From Eledone cirrhosa (lineage: Eukaryota): a DNA stretch of 64,000 bases. The stretch lies in the NCBI GenBank assembly GCA_964016885.1, contig OZ024743.1, positions 103,478,001-103,542,000 on the forward strand, in the 5' to 3' direction. Positions 40,961 to 57,344 of this stretch are shown here, piece after piece (position 1 is the first letter of the stretch; each line of letters begins with the position of its first letter). A program made the translations under genes and the position numbers. The notes beneath the pieces were generated by a model that saw only the letters and a list, made by a program, of their open reading frames with translations, searched no databases and was not told the DNA's origin.

Positions 40961-41075
40961 CAGTGTGTGTGTGTGTTTGTGTGTGTGTGTGTAAAATGTA
41001 AACAGAAATAACAGCCCAAACGGTACAGTATAAGGAAGGAATACATTAGTTTAATGCTTGAAATAGCAGGAAGAG

Positions 41076-41113
41076 GGTCTTAACGTTTCGGACGCTGGTC
41101 TTTCATCAGAAAG
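41076..41113 (-). ncRNA. Minimal hammerhead ribozyme (family L)
   Basis: Minus strand CTGATGA-aa gac cagc gtc c-GAAA-CGTTA-agacc. The plus-strand relative at ~45940-46200 has CTGATGA 46088-46094 with GAAA deleted. Confidence 0.6.
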
Positions 41114-41347
41114 AAGAATGAGAAATTGGAAAGAGTGAAAGAACGGGCAAGGCGGAATCGGAGAAAATTTTTAGAGAAAAATAGCAGGTCCATGTCTGTT
41201 ACCATCTCTTGGAAAACTGTTGTTGCTGACGTTTTGTGTATGATATATATATATATATTCTTTAATAGTAGTAAGTCTTGTTACTCTGGAGTTTTACCTG
41301 TGCACTCTCAGGGTCATTAGAGAATGTATATATATGTTTGTGTGTGT

Positions 41348-41384
<37 letters not shown>

Positions 41385-41388
41385 TCTC

Positions 41389-41477
<89 letters not shown>

Positions 41478-42034
41478 ATGTATGTGTGTAATTTTCTCTT
41501 ACAAACCTATTCAACAACAGAATAATAGTAAATGGATGCGACGAGCCTAAACCTACAATACTCACTACACAAATATATTTACTCAGCCACAAAACCACTT
41601 TTAACATAATGAAAGTCTCCACAAATCAACCGCCCAAAACATTCATGTCTAATCAACAAAACCTGAAACTCATAACCTAGAAATGAACCCAAACTAAAAT
41701 TAATCGTTTTAAAGATAGACGATAACGTTATAAAAAACCAACCCATTATATTGGTACTAAGAGGACAAGTCTCTTCCGGCCACAATCGCCTTTAATATCT
41801 AGTTTCTGTCAAAGTTTATTGAACAGAGCACAAAACAATCGTTGCGCAAGCGAAGCCAATCCTCGGGCCTCGTTATATAAACTTGAAGAAAGGTTGTCAA
41901 AGAGGATTTTAAAAAGTACCTCTACAGAATACATACTAAACAAAAACTGTAGTTGATATGACCAAGAGAAAGGTTATGACTGAGAAAATTCTGAGAACAA
42001 CCTATATTTACTGAATCTGCTGTGGATCTACTGT

Positions 42035-42082
<48 letters not shown>

Positions 42083-42301
42083 ATTCTAGTACTGGGGTCG
42101 ATTTTCCTCTATCTCCTTCTCATTTGACCGGAAGAAATTGGGTTTGTTCAGACCTGAGGAGAGGAGGTGCCTAGGCAGGTTTAAAATGCCCAAGACGGCG
42201 TATGTCACGACGGCGCCCATACGATTCTCTCTATATATAATTGTATGTGTGTCTCTGTATTTATATATACGTGTGTGTGTGTATATATATATATATGTGT
42301 G

Positions 42302-43290
<989 letters not shown>

Positions 43291-43300
43291 ATATATATAT

Positions 43301-43493
<193 letters not shown>

Positions 43494-45094
43494 GTTGTTT
43501 CTCTCTACCATTGATGAGAAATAAAATAAAACCATACACTGTAAACTAAATCTTGACAAGGTGTATGCTAATCACATAAACAAACTCCCGACAATAAACG
43601 ATGAGCTACGAAAGCGTTCAGTGAGTGCTCAAATACCGGATGATTTGACCGGCTACGTTAAGGCTTCTGGATTTTCCGGTTTTCTGGACCAATTATGCAT
43701 TAAAATGATGTTTTCATTTTAATACATAATTATAATGCATAAAATGATTATTCTATCAGTATATAAACAAATACAAATATATGAACAATGAGGATAAAGA
43801 TACTAATCATTCAGATTCTGTCATTTCATGATCGTCACTTAGGATACCTTTATAAGTCTACCATATATTTTATGAAGATGTAAATCCTTTTTACTGTGAT
43901 AATACTTAAAATATAAAATATACAATGAAAAGTAAAGAACGGAATTGTATTTAACAGGTATAAATTAATATACTTCTAAAGCAGGACCTTTTTGATCTGT
44001 ATTAGCTCACATAAAATTCTCATAAGTATTTCTACTTTCCTCCGAGTATTGAGCGCAAAATGTTTTGTATAATATTTTCTCTTATCAAGCTGTTTTTGCA
44101 CTGGCCTTTTAAACACGCTATAAATAATTATGTTACGCTTTATTTATTAATAATTATTATGTACGTATAATATACATGTATAACACAATGATTGATGTTA
44201 GAAGTGTTTTGAGTCTTTATTGCGAGGTTTGTTGATGGAATATACTGTATAGACGTATAATGTATGTATAGACTCGTAATTCTTGATGGAGTCGGAGGAG
44301 CTCCGTCATGACTTTATGGGGTGTGTTGGGCATTTTAAGCTGGGTCAAATTCTTCCAGAGAAGGAGAGAGAGAAAGTAAGAAAGCGTTATAGTGAAAGCA
44401 TTGACTCCAGTACTGGACTGGTACTTTTTTATCGACCTTGAAAGGATGAAAGGCCAAATTGACCTTGGCGTCTTTTGAACGAATACTACAAAGCATCAAC
44501 AGCACACCGATAAGAAGATGCATTTTACAACTAAATACAAACCAAAACTTAATTAATTGTACATTTAATTCATAGTCAAACCAGAATTGCCTCATCATGG
44601 GTTGTATACAGCCGAATGTGACCCTTGTTTTAGAAAAGAGGTAAGCGAGAAGTAACACCGTATGGGAAATATAATTCAATACGGTATATTTTCTTTATAA
44701 TGTGTCGTTTGCTGTAATACGCCCGCGTCTAGTGAGAATTGTTGGGCACATTTCTTCGAACTGCTCTTTCAATATTTTAGTCATCAGTTCAAAGTACATA
44801 TAATTGATGTTCGTGTCTGGTAAGGTTTTCAGTAATTAATTTTCGCTTTTCGACAGCTTTCTCTTGTAATTTGACTCTAATTCTCTAAGCAACATAACTT
44901 TCATATTTCAATCATTGTATCATATCTAAAAACTTATCTATATGGGCAAATTGACTGAGTTATTAGAATGTCCGTTCTGCTTTCCAGTGCAGTGAATTCA
45001 AATCCTATCGAAAACAACTTTGCCTTTCATTCTTCCGGGATTGATAAAGAAATGTCTATATCTCTTTCACACTTCCCTTCTATTACTCCCTCTT

Positions 45095-45866
<772 letters not shown>

Positions 45867-46199
45867 GCGCCATCTCTTTTACTCTTTTACTCTTTTACCT
45901 GTACCAGCCATCCAGCTGAGGCCATCATCCACTTTTCTAAAAAAAACAAATCATACACAAAACGCCAGCACCAACAGTTTTGCAAGAGATGTCAACATGA
46001 ATGGACCTATTATTTTTATCTAAAGACATTTTTTTCCAATTCCATCCCGCCTGTCCCCTTAATCTATTTTATTTCTCATTCTTTCTTCTGATGAAGGACT
46101 AGCGTTAAGACCCTCTTCCTGCTATATCAAGCGTTAACCTAATATATACCTTCCATATACTGTACCGATTGTGTTGTTATTTCTGTTTACCTTTTACAT

Positions 46200-46239
<40 letters not shown>

Positions 46240-47154
46240 CACTCTCTAGTTTTCAAGATGAAATCTGCTGTATTCCGACCTGAAGAGGGGATAGGTTCCA
46301 CCAGCTTTAAAAAGGCGTAATATAGCTAGAGTAGTCTCCAAATCTTATCCAAAAGATACGAAATTCAGTAGCCACTAAAATAAGTGTAACCACTAAAATA
46401 TAGAGACATATACATATGTATATATTTGCGTGTGTAAGAAGGGGTGTGTTTGTATGTGAGTATAGGGTGGGGGGGCGTGTATGTGTGTGTGGTGTGTGTG
46501 CACGTCTGTGTGTATGTGTGCGTGTGTGTATGTGTGCGTATGTGTGTGTGTGTGTGTGTGCGCGTGTTTGTGTGTGTGTGTGTGTGTGTGTGTGCTTGTG
46601 TGTGTGAAACTACAGTTTAGTGCGATTCATATTTAATTATTAAATTTTACCAGACCAGTAAAATGTATTGGTTTCTTTCATATGTGACACTCCTATCTTT
46701 TATATATACACACACAGTGTGTGTGTATGTAATATATATAATGAATTATTAGAATTTAGGATTATCCATCATCAGTTATCATAGGCATTTCTTCGCGTGA
46801 CAGACAAGATACCTCAGCCTAGGGCGAAACAATAACTAAAGTAAGTTATTGGGATAAAAAAAAGTAGGTGGAGAAAGAGAAAGACATGTAAACAGATACG
46901 ATGGGTGAGGCAACGTAAAGAGAGGAAAAAAGGAAAAAATCAAGTCAATATATATATTCATATGTAACCCATTTGCAACCACGCAGTACGTTTTGTTTTC
47001 ATATTCACACATATTTTCCTCCGCTGTGACCCGTCTATTTCATTCTTACTGCTTCCTCTTTCTCTGTATCTTTCACCTCCCTTTACCCTCTCTAACAGTC
47101 ACTCTCTCTGTTAGCCTCTTCATCACCCTTCACTCTCTTCTACTCCCTCTCCTA

Positions 47155-47420
47155 CTTCCTCCCGTTTGACCTGTGCGTAATTCTTTTCTCGCGCACACTT
47201 GACCAGGTTGGTTGTTCCTTTTTTCTCTCTTGTCTACGATTTCACAGAACTTATGTTCACCGAATTCAGGGACTAGACTCCTTCTTCCTCCCGTTTGACC
47301 TGTGCGGAATTCTTTCCTTGCTCACATTTCGACTAGGTTTGATGGTCTTTATTCTCTCTCGTCCACGATTTCACAGAACTTATATTCATAGAATTCTGGG
47401 ACTTGACTCCTTCTTCCTCA
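47155..47420. repeat. ~129-bp direct tandem duplication
   Basis: cttcctcccgtttgacctgtgcg..acgatttcacagaacttat occurs twice. Confidence 0.8.
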
Positions 47421-47590
47421 CCTTTCGTTGCATTACCATCTTTGATTGTTAACAGTGTCGCTCGTTCCCCTTATTTACGTGTCCCAACGACTTTCTTTAG
47501 CCGTTTCTCACACCAACCGGAGGTATATGGTCTTTAAAGCGATGAAATACCAATGAAGGTTGGAAGATCACTGATGAAGGACTAACTTTA

Positions 47591-47628
<38 letters not shown>

Positions 47629-47630
<2 letters not shown>

Positions 47631-48637
47631 TACTATATAAATGGCAATTTTTGTCTGTCTGTGTATCGGTCTATAACCAGTTGGCGCCTACACCAGCGAT
47701 CTGATCATGATGAAACTGCATACACATGTTAAGCTAATATTCTGGAACAGGACTGGCTAATTGGACTTCAATAAAACTCAATAATGGAATTCCTGAGGAC
47801 ATCTTTACAATGGAGGAAGAAAGAGAAGACGTTTCAGTGAGAGAGGGGGAAGAGAGATACTACTACTGTAAAACCCTCCAAAACGAAGCGACAACTAGAA
47901 ATATTTTGTCGATATTTCGAGGTGTCGGATCATAAGAAGATTGTTCTTGGTACATAAACGCGTGCGTTCCCTATTGTATTTACATTACACGAATTGTCCT
48001 TTTAAACGTAAGTAATTCCATTCGTTTTCACTTAAACAACAGTCTTTTGCTTGCAACCTTAACACTACTCGGCAAGCCTACATTGGATTTTCAATAAAAC
48101 CCGTGTTTAATGCCTTTATGTTAGAGTACTATATCTAGCAATTCAATTTCTTAGCACTTAAACTCCAAGTTTTGAACTTACTAACTTAGCATTACTACAC
48201 ACATGTAGTGTGCGCTTACACTTACAATGTCAGGATGCAGAAAGCCGACACAGTCATTAGTGATTAATGGTTTCGCTGCTTATTTGCTTAGCGACACAGC
48301 TCATCAGATGTTCTGGGTAACAAAAACGTAGGCCTTTAATAATGACTCATACCAATGAGAAGGTTACCGCCTGAGGAATTCCCTTTAATCGCTTCCTTGG
48401 TGTCTACTGAAGCACTGCAGTGCATTGCAACAAAACATCATAACTTCTGGAGTTCGCAACCGATTTCACCAAACAGAATTGGCACATATTGAGTAGGGGA
48501 CCCCAGGGGGCAGGAACCCACTTTTGGAAAAAGCCGATGATTTTGTACAAGTATAGTTTTCGAAGCAGCACTGAAGTATTAACATGCATGCTATACATGA
48601 CTGCTATTTACTACCCGAGCAACGCCGGGTACCTCTG

Positions 48638-48641
<4 letters not shown>
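47629..48641 (+). mobile_element. Non-autonomous Helitron
   Basis: A|TCTACTATATAAATGGC..(GTCT)n; 3' cccgagcaacgccggg-tacctctg-CTAA|T. The last ~260 bp are shared with 38140-39233. Confidence 0.8.
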
Positions 48642-48688
<47 letters not shown>

Positions 48689-48789
48689 ACTCTCAAGCGT
48701 GAAACTAACATTAACATTTTGTACTGCCTTTTCGCTTCCTTGTTGTTGTTTTTTTTTGTTTTCTGTTTCAACTATTATATATATATAAA

Positions 48790-49410
48790 GAAATTTCGCT
48801 CTACATAGCTGAATACAATAAATGTAATCTCAGTTTTTCGAATATTAATAATAACTTGGAATTTTGCAAACAAGCCTCAATTTTATACCAATTCTCCTAA
48901 CATGGCTATAAAATTGAGGCTTGTTTCCATAATTGCAAACAAATCGAATAAAACTCAGATTACATTTATTGTATTCAGCCATGTAGAACGAAATTTTTTT
49001 TTTTATTTGAATTTGGCAAAGCCGGCTATTTATCGCTCGTATATAGGAAACCTACTGGCCAGTCTGCTGATATGCAAATCTGGCTGATCAGTGGATCTGC
49101 TAATATGCAGATCTGACTGATCAGCCAGTCTGCTAATATGCAAATCAGGCCGATCAGTCACTGTGGAGTTTGGAAAATAGCATAAATTTTCACTAGCTCT
49201 GACAGTTTGGCAAGTGAACAGTGAGCTGTACTGATGATGGGCGATACCCAGAAATATTAGTGCCTTCAGTTCTCTTCGCATGCCAACACAAGAGCAAGAA
49301 TTAAGTGTTCATTCTACTGACAGGGCTATAAAATTGAGGCTTGTTTGTATAATTGCAAACAAATCGAATGTTATTATTAATATTCGAAAAACTCAGTTTA
49401 CATTTATTAT
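48790..49410. mobile_element. Family I: ~420-nt HHR monomer (1.2 copies) with inverted arm
   Basis: ggctataaaattgagg at 48904 and 49324; inverted arm 48790-48887; CTGATGA-tggg cgata ccca-GAAA at 49231-49254; ~33-bp tandem repeats at 49057-49160. Confidence 0.7.
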
Positions 49411-49420
49411 ATATATATAT

Positions 49421-49700
49421 ATTGAAAAGATAACAAGGACGATTGGTTACTCCTTCATTACATTTATTGGTAGGTGACGCGCGTTTCGCCATTCATCAGC
49501 TCAATAAATGTAATGAAGGAGTAACCAATCGTCCTTGTTATCTGTTTCATCAGCTCAATAAATGTAATGAAGGAGTAACCAATCGTCCTTGTTATCTTTT
49601 CAATATAATACACTCTGTATAGCTCTACACCTCGACACAGAAGTGAACCTAAACATCGAGTGCTCACCCGGGTGAACTTGCAGTAACTCCAAGTTACACT
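49421..49700. mobile_element. Family J relative with inverted arm and 56-bp tandem duplication
   Basis: Minus CTGATGA-atggc-GAAA-CGCGCG-TC (49476-49499); caataaatgtaatgaaggagtaaccaatcgtcc occurs once inverted and twice direct. Confidence 0.65.
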
Positions 49701-49816
49701 CCCTATATATATATATATATATAACGAAGGAAATGTGGTAAGGAACCAGGTGGACCATAACGCACCAAAGTACTCAATACTTAGGGTACCCTATCACTTT
49801 GACCATATATGGAATT

Positions 49817-49910
49817 ACCCCTTGAGAAGCTCAGCTATTTAAATACCAGGATAAATTTTCATTTAGTCCAGAATTAGCCGTCGAAACGGCTTGAGCTCAG
49901 CCGTCGGGGT
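49817..49910 (+). ncRNA. Hammerhead ribozyme with U3-A8 variant core (family B)
   Basis: acccc-TTGAGAA(49822-49828)-long stem II-GAAA(49883-49886)-cggct tgagctc agccg-TC-ggggt. Confidence 0.7.
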
Positions 49911-49920
49911 CTTACTGGTT

Positions 49921-49968
<48 letters not shown>

Positions 49969-49971
<3 letters not shown>

Positions 49972-50147
49972 GTTTCTACTTTTTGGCACAAGGCCAGCAA
50001 TTATCCAGTGTATTACTGGTACTTTATTTTATCGACCTCGTAAGGATGAAAGGCAAAGTCAACCTCGGCGGGATTTGAACTCAGATCGTAAAGGGACGTA
50101 ACTATGCTGGAAAGCATGGTTTCCGACCCTCTACTGATACTGCCAAT

Positions 50148-50152
<5 letters not shown>
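49969..50152 (-). mobile_element. tRNA-derived SINE
   Basis: Reverse-complement copy inside (TA)n. Confidence 0.88.
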
Positions 50153-50207
<55 letters not shown>

Positions 50208-50510
50208 TCTTTTTGGTAAATATCATCTTGGTTAAGAGAGTGGGACTGGCTTTGTGCAGTGCCTTTGCTCACTATAAAAGCTTCACGGCACAGGCATTGC
50301 TTTATATCTGGAGATCTCTCTGCACTTGTCGTCACATGGTACCATGGGCCCAGCACTATGTGTCAGTAATTGTCACAAGTGTAGTGTTTGTACCAGAGTT
50401 TTCAAGTCGCTGGCTGGACTAAAAAGTCACACTCGTTCAGCGCATCGGTAGGGGTTCTCCTACATGGATATAAAGTAGTGGCCGTACTCGAAAACGAGTT
50501 GGCAGCCACC

Positions 50511-50867
<357 letters not shown>

Positions 50868-51195
50868 CCTTAAATTGATTTTACAAATCAATTTTTCAAT
50901 TTTTCCCATTGAAATGAAAAAAAATATAAATAATCCGTTCGAACACCCTTCACCCCAAAATCATATATGTATGTATATTAAGTAAATGTGTAAGATGGTT
51001 AAGTCAAACATAAATAATTATAAATAATAGGGTGAGGAGAGGGATGGTAATTGTTCTAGTTTGTCTTCGTTGAGTTTTTTGAAAACCGGTATTAGTAGTT
51101 TAGTTTACAATTTGAGATCCCAACCCATCCTATTTATTTTATAACATATTGGATTTCTAACAATATGCTTTTTTGTCATGTATAATGCTTTTTAA

Positions 51196-51398
51196 CCCTT
51201 TAGCATTCACATTATTATATATATACTATTATATTATCTCACATAATTATCTCACATAATATCGATTCTATGAGATTTTGAAAGTATTTATTTTGAGAAC
51301 AATACCTTAACATCAGTTTGAGCGACCAGTTACAGACAGTTTCAACAGAAAGAGGTAGAGAATTCTGGCCGGTTTTGGCCGGTTTGAACACTAAAGAG
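51196..51398. mobile_element. piggyBac-type MITE
   Basis: TTAA|CCCTTTAGCATTC ... GAACACTAAAGAG|TTAA. Confidence 0.7.
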
Positions 51399-51979
51399 TT
51401 AACGTATAAAGAACATTAATTGCCACGGGAATGCTACCACATATCATAAAATTTCAGCCGAGAAAGATTAATAAAATTTAATAAACGGGTGGTGGGAGGT
51501 TGAAAAAATCTGAAAAATGAATAAGTGGGAGGGTGGGGTGAAAATTATTCGAGATCCGAGAGGAGCCAACGTGTGTGCGTAGATTCAAGTTACAAAATCA
51601 CCCTAATTAACTTAACAATGATTAGCATTAAGTTAATCCTAAATAGTAAAAAAAAAAAGAAAATAGGAATTCTTCATTTTATAATATGCTATAAATATTA
51701 ATATTATGTGTTTTGTCTTTTGTTACTAAGTTGGGTATTTTTTTCGCATGTTACTTATTGCATTTCTGCGAATGTTTACAGATTTACTATCTTTTAAATG
51801 CATGCGTCTCTTTTGCGTAAACTGCATACTTTACAGTATCAATTTTTGTCTGCTTATTTTCTGTCAGCAATATTCATCTAGAGCTTCTACGATAGGCTTT
51901 CTCAATCTATTTCATTTAACGTAGCTATTAACTATTTATCTTCATCCTTTTGAAGTAGATAAAAAGGCACCAGTCAAAT

Positions 51980-52020
<41 letters not shown>

Positions 52021-52575
52021 AAGAAGAAGAAGAAGAAGAAGAAGAAGAAGAAGAAGAAGAAGAAGAAGAAGAAGAAATCGTCTGTATTCCTACCTGGAAA
52101 TTGATGGTCTTTGCCACGTTTAAAATGGCCAAGACACACCGTATGTCGCGACGGCACCCCTATGATTCCATCAGAAGTTATGGGTCCTTACATACATCAT
52201 ACATACCCATTGACTCTGTCTGGCTATGTTACTATGTCTGTTTGGCTTTGTATGGCACTGTTTATGGTGACGAACTCGACTCATTCTGGATAGTTTTTCT
52301 TCATATTTTTATGCCAGCGATGGAAAGTAAATATTTTAGTGGTTAGGTGTCTGAATGCTCTACAATCCAGGTCAGGTATATTCAAACGGTATTATGCATC
52401 GATAAAGTTGTAGAAATAAGTCGTGTTCAATCAATTGAACACATTTAGCAATCGAATTATACAAACAAAGACGTTTAAAAGCATCGAAAATATAAGAATG
52501 TTTTTGGAGGGCATGAGGAAGTAAACAATGAAAGTAACTTTAACTAAATGAAGTAACTGTAAAATATACAGTAAT

Positions 52576-52763
52576 AACTGTTTCTACTTTTGGCACAAGG
52601 CCAGCAATTACCCAGTGCATTACGGGTACTTTATTTTATCGACCCCGTAAGGATGAAAGGCAAAGTCAACCTCGGCGGGATTTGAACTCAGATCGTAAAG
52701 AGACGTAACTATGCTGGAAAGCATGGCGTCCGACCCTCTACCGATACTGCCAATCCACCGCCC
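52576..52763 (-). mobile_element. tRNA-derived SINE with 15-bp TSD
   Basis: TSD aaaatatacagtaat at 52561-52575 and 52765-52779. Confidence 0.92.
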
Positions 52764-53479
52764 AAAAATATACAGTAATGCCAGCTCTACAAAAGCTAAT
52801 AGTGGCGTTTAATTCAAAATTCAATTTTTATAAATGTCACCCCACCCCCGCAATTTCTCTTATCTAGTGTTATGATTACCCGTACACTAATTTGAGATGG
52901 CTTGATCCACATGATCCTACAGCTGAAAATCTTAACAAGTGTCTATAGCTAATTACCTCACTATATTCAGAATTGGCTATGCCTCCTTCAACAAATTATC
53001 CTTCAATCAAAAAAGAGTTAGTTATAATTGAGATCCTGATAAAATGGTAAAGATTCGCATCTTAATATTTGAAAACATTGTTGCTAGTTAAGTTTTCAAA
53101 ATAACATGAGACATAAGCACTCATTATTTGCATCATAGATTTTTTTAAATTCCTATGTTAATGGCACATGCTCAAAGTAGTGCCGGCCTGTTCATCCGGG
53201 CCATCCTCGCTATATTCACCTACCTTTTAACCAATGTAGTAGGGAAGACATCACTTCCCTCTACACCCTCACCTTCGTTTACAAGGGGAATTTGAACAAG
53301 TTGATGAGGGCTTGGCTGAAGAGAAAGTGTCTGTCTTCAGTCCTTTCAATTGCATCCACTACACAACCTCTTTTGGTACAGCCAAGACTGTTGTCATGTA
53401 TCAATCTGCTCCAGACAAGGACTTCACTGAGCCTAGCATTTATGTGTATTACAACACATTGAAGGTTTATTTGGCTAAA

Positions 53480-54330
53480 CTCCAACTCAGTCGGAAAATC
53501 TAGGCGGCATATTTAACATGACAAACACCTTTGATGATGAAATCTCTTTACGAATAAAGAAAGCAAGTGATTAGGTGGGTGTATCTGCTGTCGGCGTGGG
53601 ATTTTCATTTATAGAAAGTTAAAATTGTATTCATTGTTGTATACATGTGAAACTTGGGTCACATACTACTGAAATGTAAAATTTCTTGAACATTTTCTTC
53701 AACAGTATCTTCGCCGACTACTCAGTATCCATTGGCAATCACATATGAGTGATGTTGAAGTGCTGGGACGAAGTCATTTTGAAAGTATTGATCACTCATA
53801 ATTCAATATAAATTTTACTGGAGCGGCCATTTTGTAAGAATATCAGATCATCTAGGCAATTCTAGGTATTCCTATTCAGGTTTTGTACAAGGAGTTAGTC
53901 AAAGGCAAGCGGCTAAAACATAAACCAAAACTCAGGTATAAAGACTGCATCAAAAGAGTTTTAATAAAGTCAAAAATCAGAGAGGATAATCGGAAAAACA
54001 TTGCCTTAGATCTATTATCTTGGGGGAAAACAGTATTTAATGGAAAACGAGAAATTGAAAAATCCCGCATAGAACAAGAAAAATGAAAGAGGTGTCTGCG
54101 TGAGGGTTTGCAGGATATTACTTTACCAAGATTTTCAGATGCTCAAAATGACTTTATGTCCAATGAGTGCAGCCGGTGTTGCTCCAGTAAAGCTGGTCTT
54201 AGGAGTCATCAGAGAAGCCATCTACGAAATGTTGTTGATTATGATCTCTTTGGCACATCTTCTTGTCAGGATTGTGGAAAACAATGTGCTTCGACCGGTT
54301 GACTCCAACGTCATTTGAAAACTTACTAAA
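53480..54330 (+). mobile_element. Decayed RTE-type LINE 3' portion with C2H2-like fingers
   Basis: YTCETW..QQYLRRLLSIHWQ; LYKELVKGKR..KPKLRYKD; CSRCCSSKAGLRSHQRSH. Confidence 0.7.
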
Positions 54331-54345
54331 ACAAAACAGGAAATC

Positions 54346-54870
54346 ACTACTACTACTACTACTACTACGGCAGAGTTTACACTCGCAAAGATTCAGCACG
54401 CTTTCTCCAATCGTCTCGGTCGAGCATGACATTTCTCAGTTCATCGATATTATCAACGTTGGCATCTCTCAGCAGGGTACCAATGAATGAGATGACCTGT
54501 CTTCCCTAGCTTCTTCGTCCGACTGTCAGTTTCCAGAGCACAAGTTGTGATGCTATCTCTTCTGGATGACGGATGCAGTGCCCAGCCAGTTTCGTTCGTC
54601 TGCCGGCAACTTTTTTTTGAGACTGGTGGTAGTGATCTGTATAGTTCCTTATTTGTCAGCTTCTGTTTCCAAGAAATGTTGAGATCCATTCTCAACATCC
54701 TCGTGTAACATATGTCATGTCTCTTGTATAGAACTTTGTCAATAGTCCACGTTTCACTGCCGTAAAGCAGGGCGGACTCAACAGTTGCTAGGAAGAGGTG
54801 CTCCTTGATTTTGCGGTTTAGGTCGGACTTCCACGCCTTCAGTATCTTGTAGCATGCCGACTATGCTAAT
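54346..54870 (-). mobile_element. RTE-type LINE 3' fragment with (TAG)n tail
   Basis: FLATVESALLYGSETWT..YTRMLRMDLNISWKQKLTNKELY..LAGHCIRH; (CTA)n at 54346-54368. Confidence 0.75.
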
Positions 54871-55843
54871 GTTTATCTAACTTCAAAGAATATAAGTCCT
54901 TAGCAGGGCTAAAGAGTCATGATCATGTTACATATGTCTAACGAAATGATCAAGTAATGGGAATTCTTGAAATTGTGATACATTCATCATATATGTAATA
55001 CGCATCTTTTAGATGAAGTGTTCGCACTAGTACAGATATATACATATTGTCCGTTTAATGAGAAATATTCTTAAGCCGAAAAAAATCTCTAAATTTGTTT
55101 CTATTAAGGTTGCTTTCATACCTTGAATATTGTTATTACTTTGTTTGCAGAAGCTGGTCTGTATTTATAAATCCCATGTCTACTTTACGCTGACTTAATC
55201 GTCATAATTTTATTTAATATCACTGAGAATAAAGTGATTGTAATCAGATGGGGAATTATGTGTTTGTCACCGCCAAACCCACCCATGTCTTTGGCCCCAG
55301 GATCCCTATTTCCTCCGCAAAATCGGAAGGAGTGTATTTTACCGGAGGAGGGAGTTTCCTGAGGTAGAGTGGCTGACGCAGCAGGTATCGCTGGCTGTTC
55401 TCTGCGAGAATAACAGCAATTTTGTCCGCGGGGTGCAGTTAAAATATCCCGCCCAGATTCGGGAGTACCGTCTCTCTCTCTCTCTCTCTCTCTCCCTTAT
55501 CAATACTCATCTTTTTCCATTTCTTAGAGGATTCTAATTCCAAATTCGCTCGCTGTTTCAAAACATACTTACTTGTCAAAAAATATCTGCTTATATCAAG
55601 CGATATGAAAGATATAAAATTTAAAGTTTTATTTTCTTACTTTAGAGAAACAGAGAAATAGTCAGGAAATCACTGAAAGGGAAGATCTTGATTTTTTTCC
55701 TTACCAAAATTGAACCAGATATAGAGCAGTCGGTTTTTCACTCTCAGATTCAACAATCTCATGAATTTAACGATAATTTTAATGTATTTTATGATATATG
55801 CAGTGAGTAATTTCAAATACTTTTATTGTTATATACAGGATAA

Positions 55844-56060
55844 GGGCGGTGGATTGGCAGTGTCGGTAGAGGGTCGGACGCCATGCTTTGCAGCATAGAG
55901 TTACGCCCCTTTATGATCTGAGTTCAAATCCTGCCGAGGTAAACTTTGCCTTTCATCCTTTCGGGGTCGATAAAATAAAGTACCAGTAACGTACTGGGGT
56001 CGATTTAATCGACTTTCCCCTATCCCCCAAATTACTGGCCATGTGCCTATAATAGAAATC
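55844..56060 (+). mobile_element. tRNA-derived SINE with 18-bp TSD
   Basis: TSD attgttatatacaggata at 55825-55842 and 56061-56078. Confidence 0.92.
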
Positions 56061-56337
56061 ATTGTTATATACAGGATATGCAAAGAAAGTTTCCATTGAA
56101 ATTTAAATGAAGCATCCAAAGTCGTTCAATTCAAGAATGATACACGATTCAAGAATGTTACACACTGACGAGCATTGATTTGAATTTATTTTCTTTTTCT
56201 TAGAATTAAAACAGTAGTGTGTGATTTGTCTGCTAATACAAACAGGTTGAACGACATAGTCACAGGGTTTCGCTGCAGTGAGGGAGATGCAACCATTACA
56301 CTCTAATAATATTTTTATCACACACATGCACATACAC

Positions 56338-56445
<108 letters not shown>

Positions 56446-56698
56446 CGAAAGAACTTTGATAGACTATATATATATATATATTTATATCTGTATTTTTAAC
56501 CGTTGGTCAATCAATGATAAACATTGATTACCAGATAAATTAAATATGGAGATATAAAAGATACAGAAGCGTGAACCAACCCAAACCAAACAGTGAGCGT
56601 ATTCTATTATTATTTCTGGGAATATTATAACAATATGACCCTCCCCAAATATAACAATATTTGTTTCAACACGCGATTTCATATCAAAAACCTTGCAA

Positions 56699-56776
<78 letters not shown>

Positions 56777-56904
56777 GAGAGAGAGAGACGGGGGGAGAAA
56801 TCAAGATGGATTTAGTAAGAAGCTGGTTAGACCATTACTCACCAGAGTTGTCGATACTTGGGGTACTAGAATATGGTTATACGAATGAGACGTCAGGGTC
56901 CTCA

Positions 56905-56966
<62 letters not shown>

Positions 56967-57144
56967 TATGGGAAGGGGTATGTGTGTATGTGTAAGGGAA
57001 TTTCTCCTAGATCTCGGCAACCGAAAATAAGTCCGGTCGTCATGCAATCAAGGATAATTTGGAAATATGCACTATGCATTCGCCATGGGTTTTCGGTGCT
57101 TATGGAAACATGGACACTTCCTCGACACTCCTACTATATCTCTC

Positions 57145-57179
<35 letters not shown>

Positions 57180-57344
57180 AATTAGTATATCTACCAACAT
57201 ATATATACAGATGTATACCTATGCAAGAAAATATATAGGTTTTATCTTAGTAACTTTGTGGTTCAATGCAAGGGGATGCAGAACAATTATATGAAAAACG
57301 TAAAATAAGAAAATTATAGTAATTAGCTTACTTATTTAAATTTC

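Noticed and set aside
43560-44950. Possible host exons in the AT-rich unique-looking stretch
   Set aside because: No recognisable protein motif or convincing exon structure by eye; needs RNA-seq or BLASTx.
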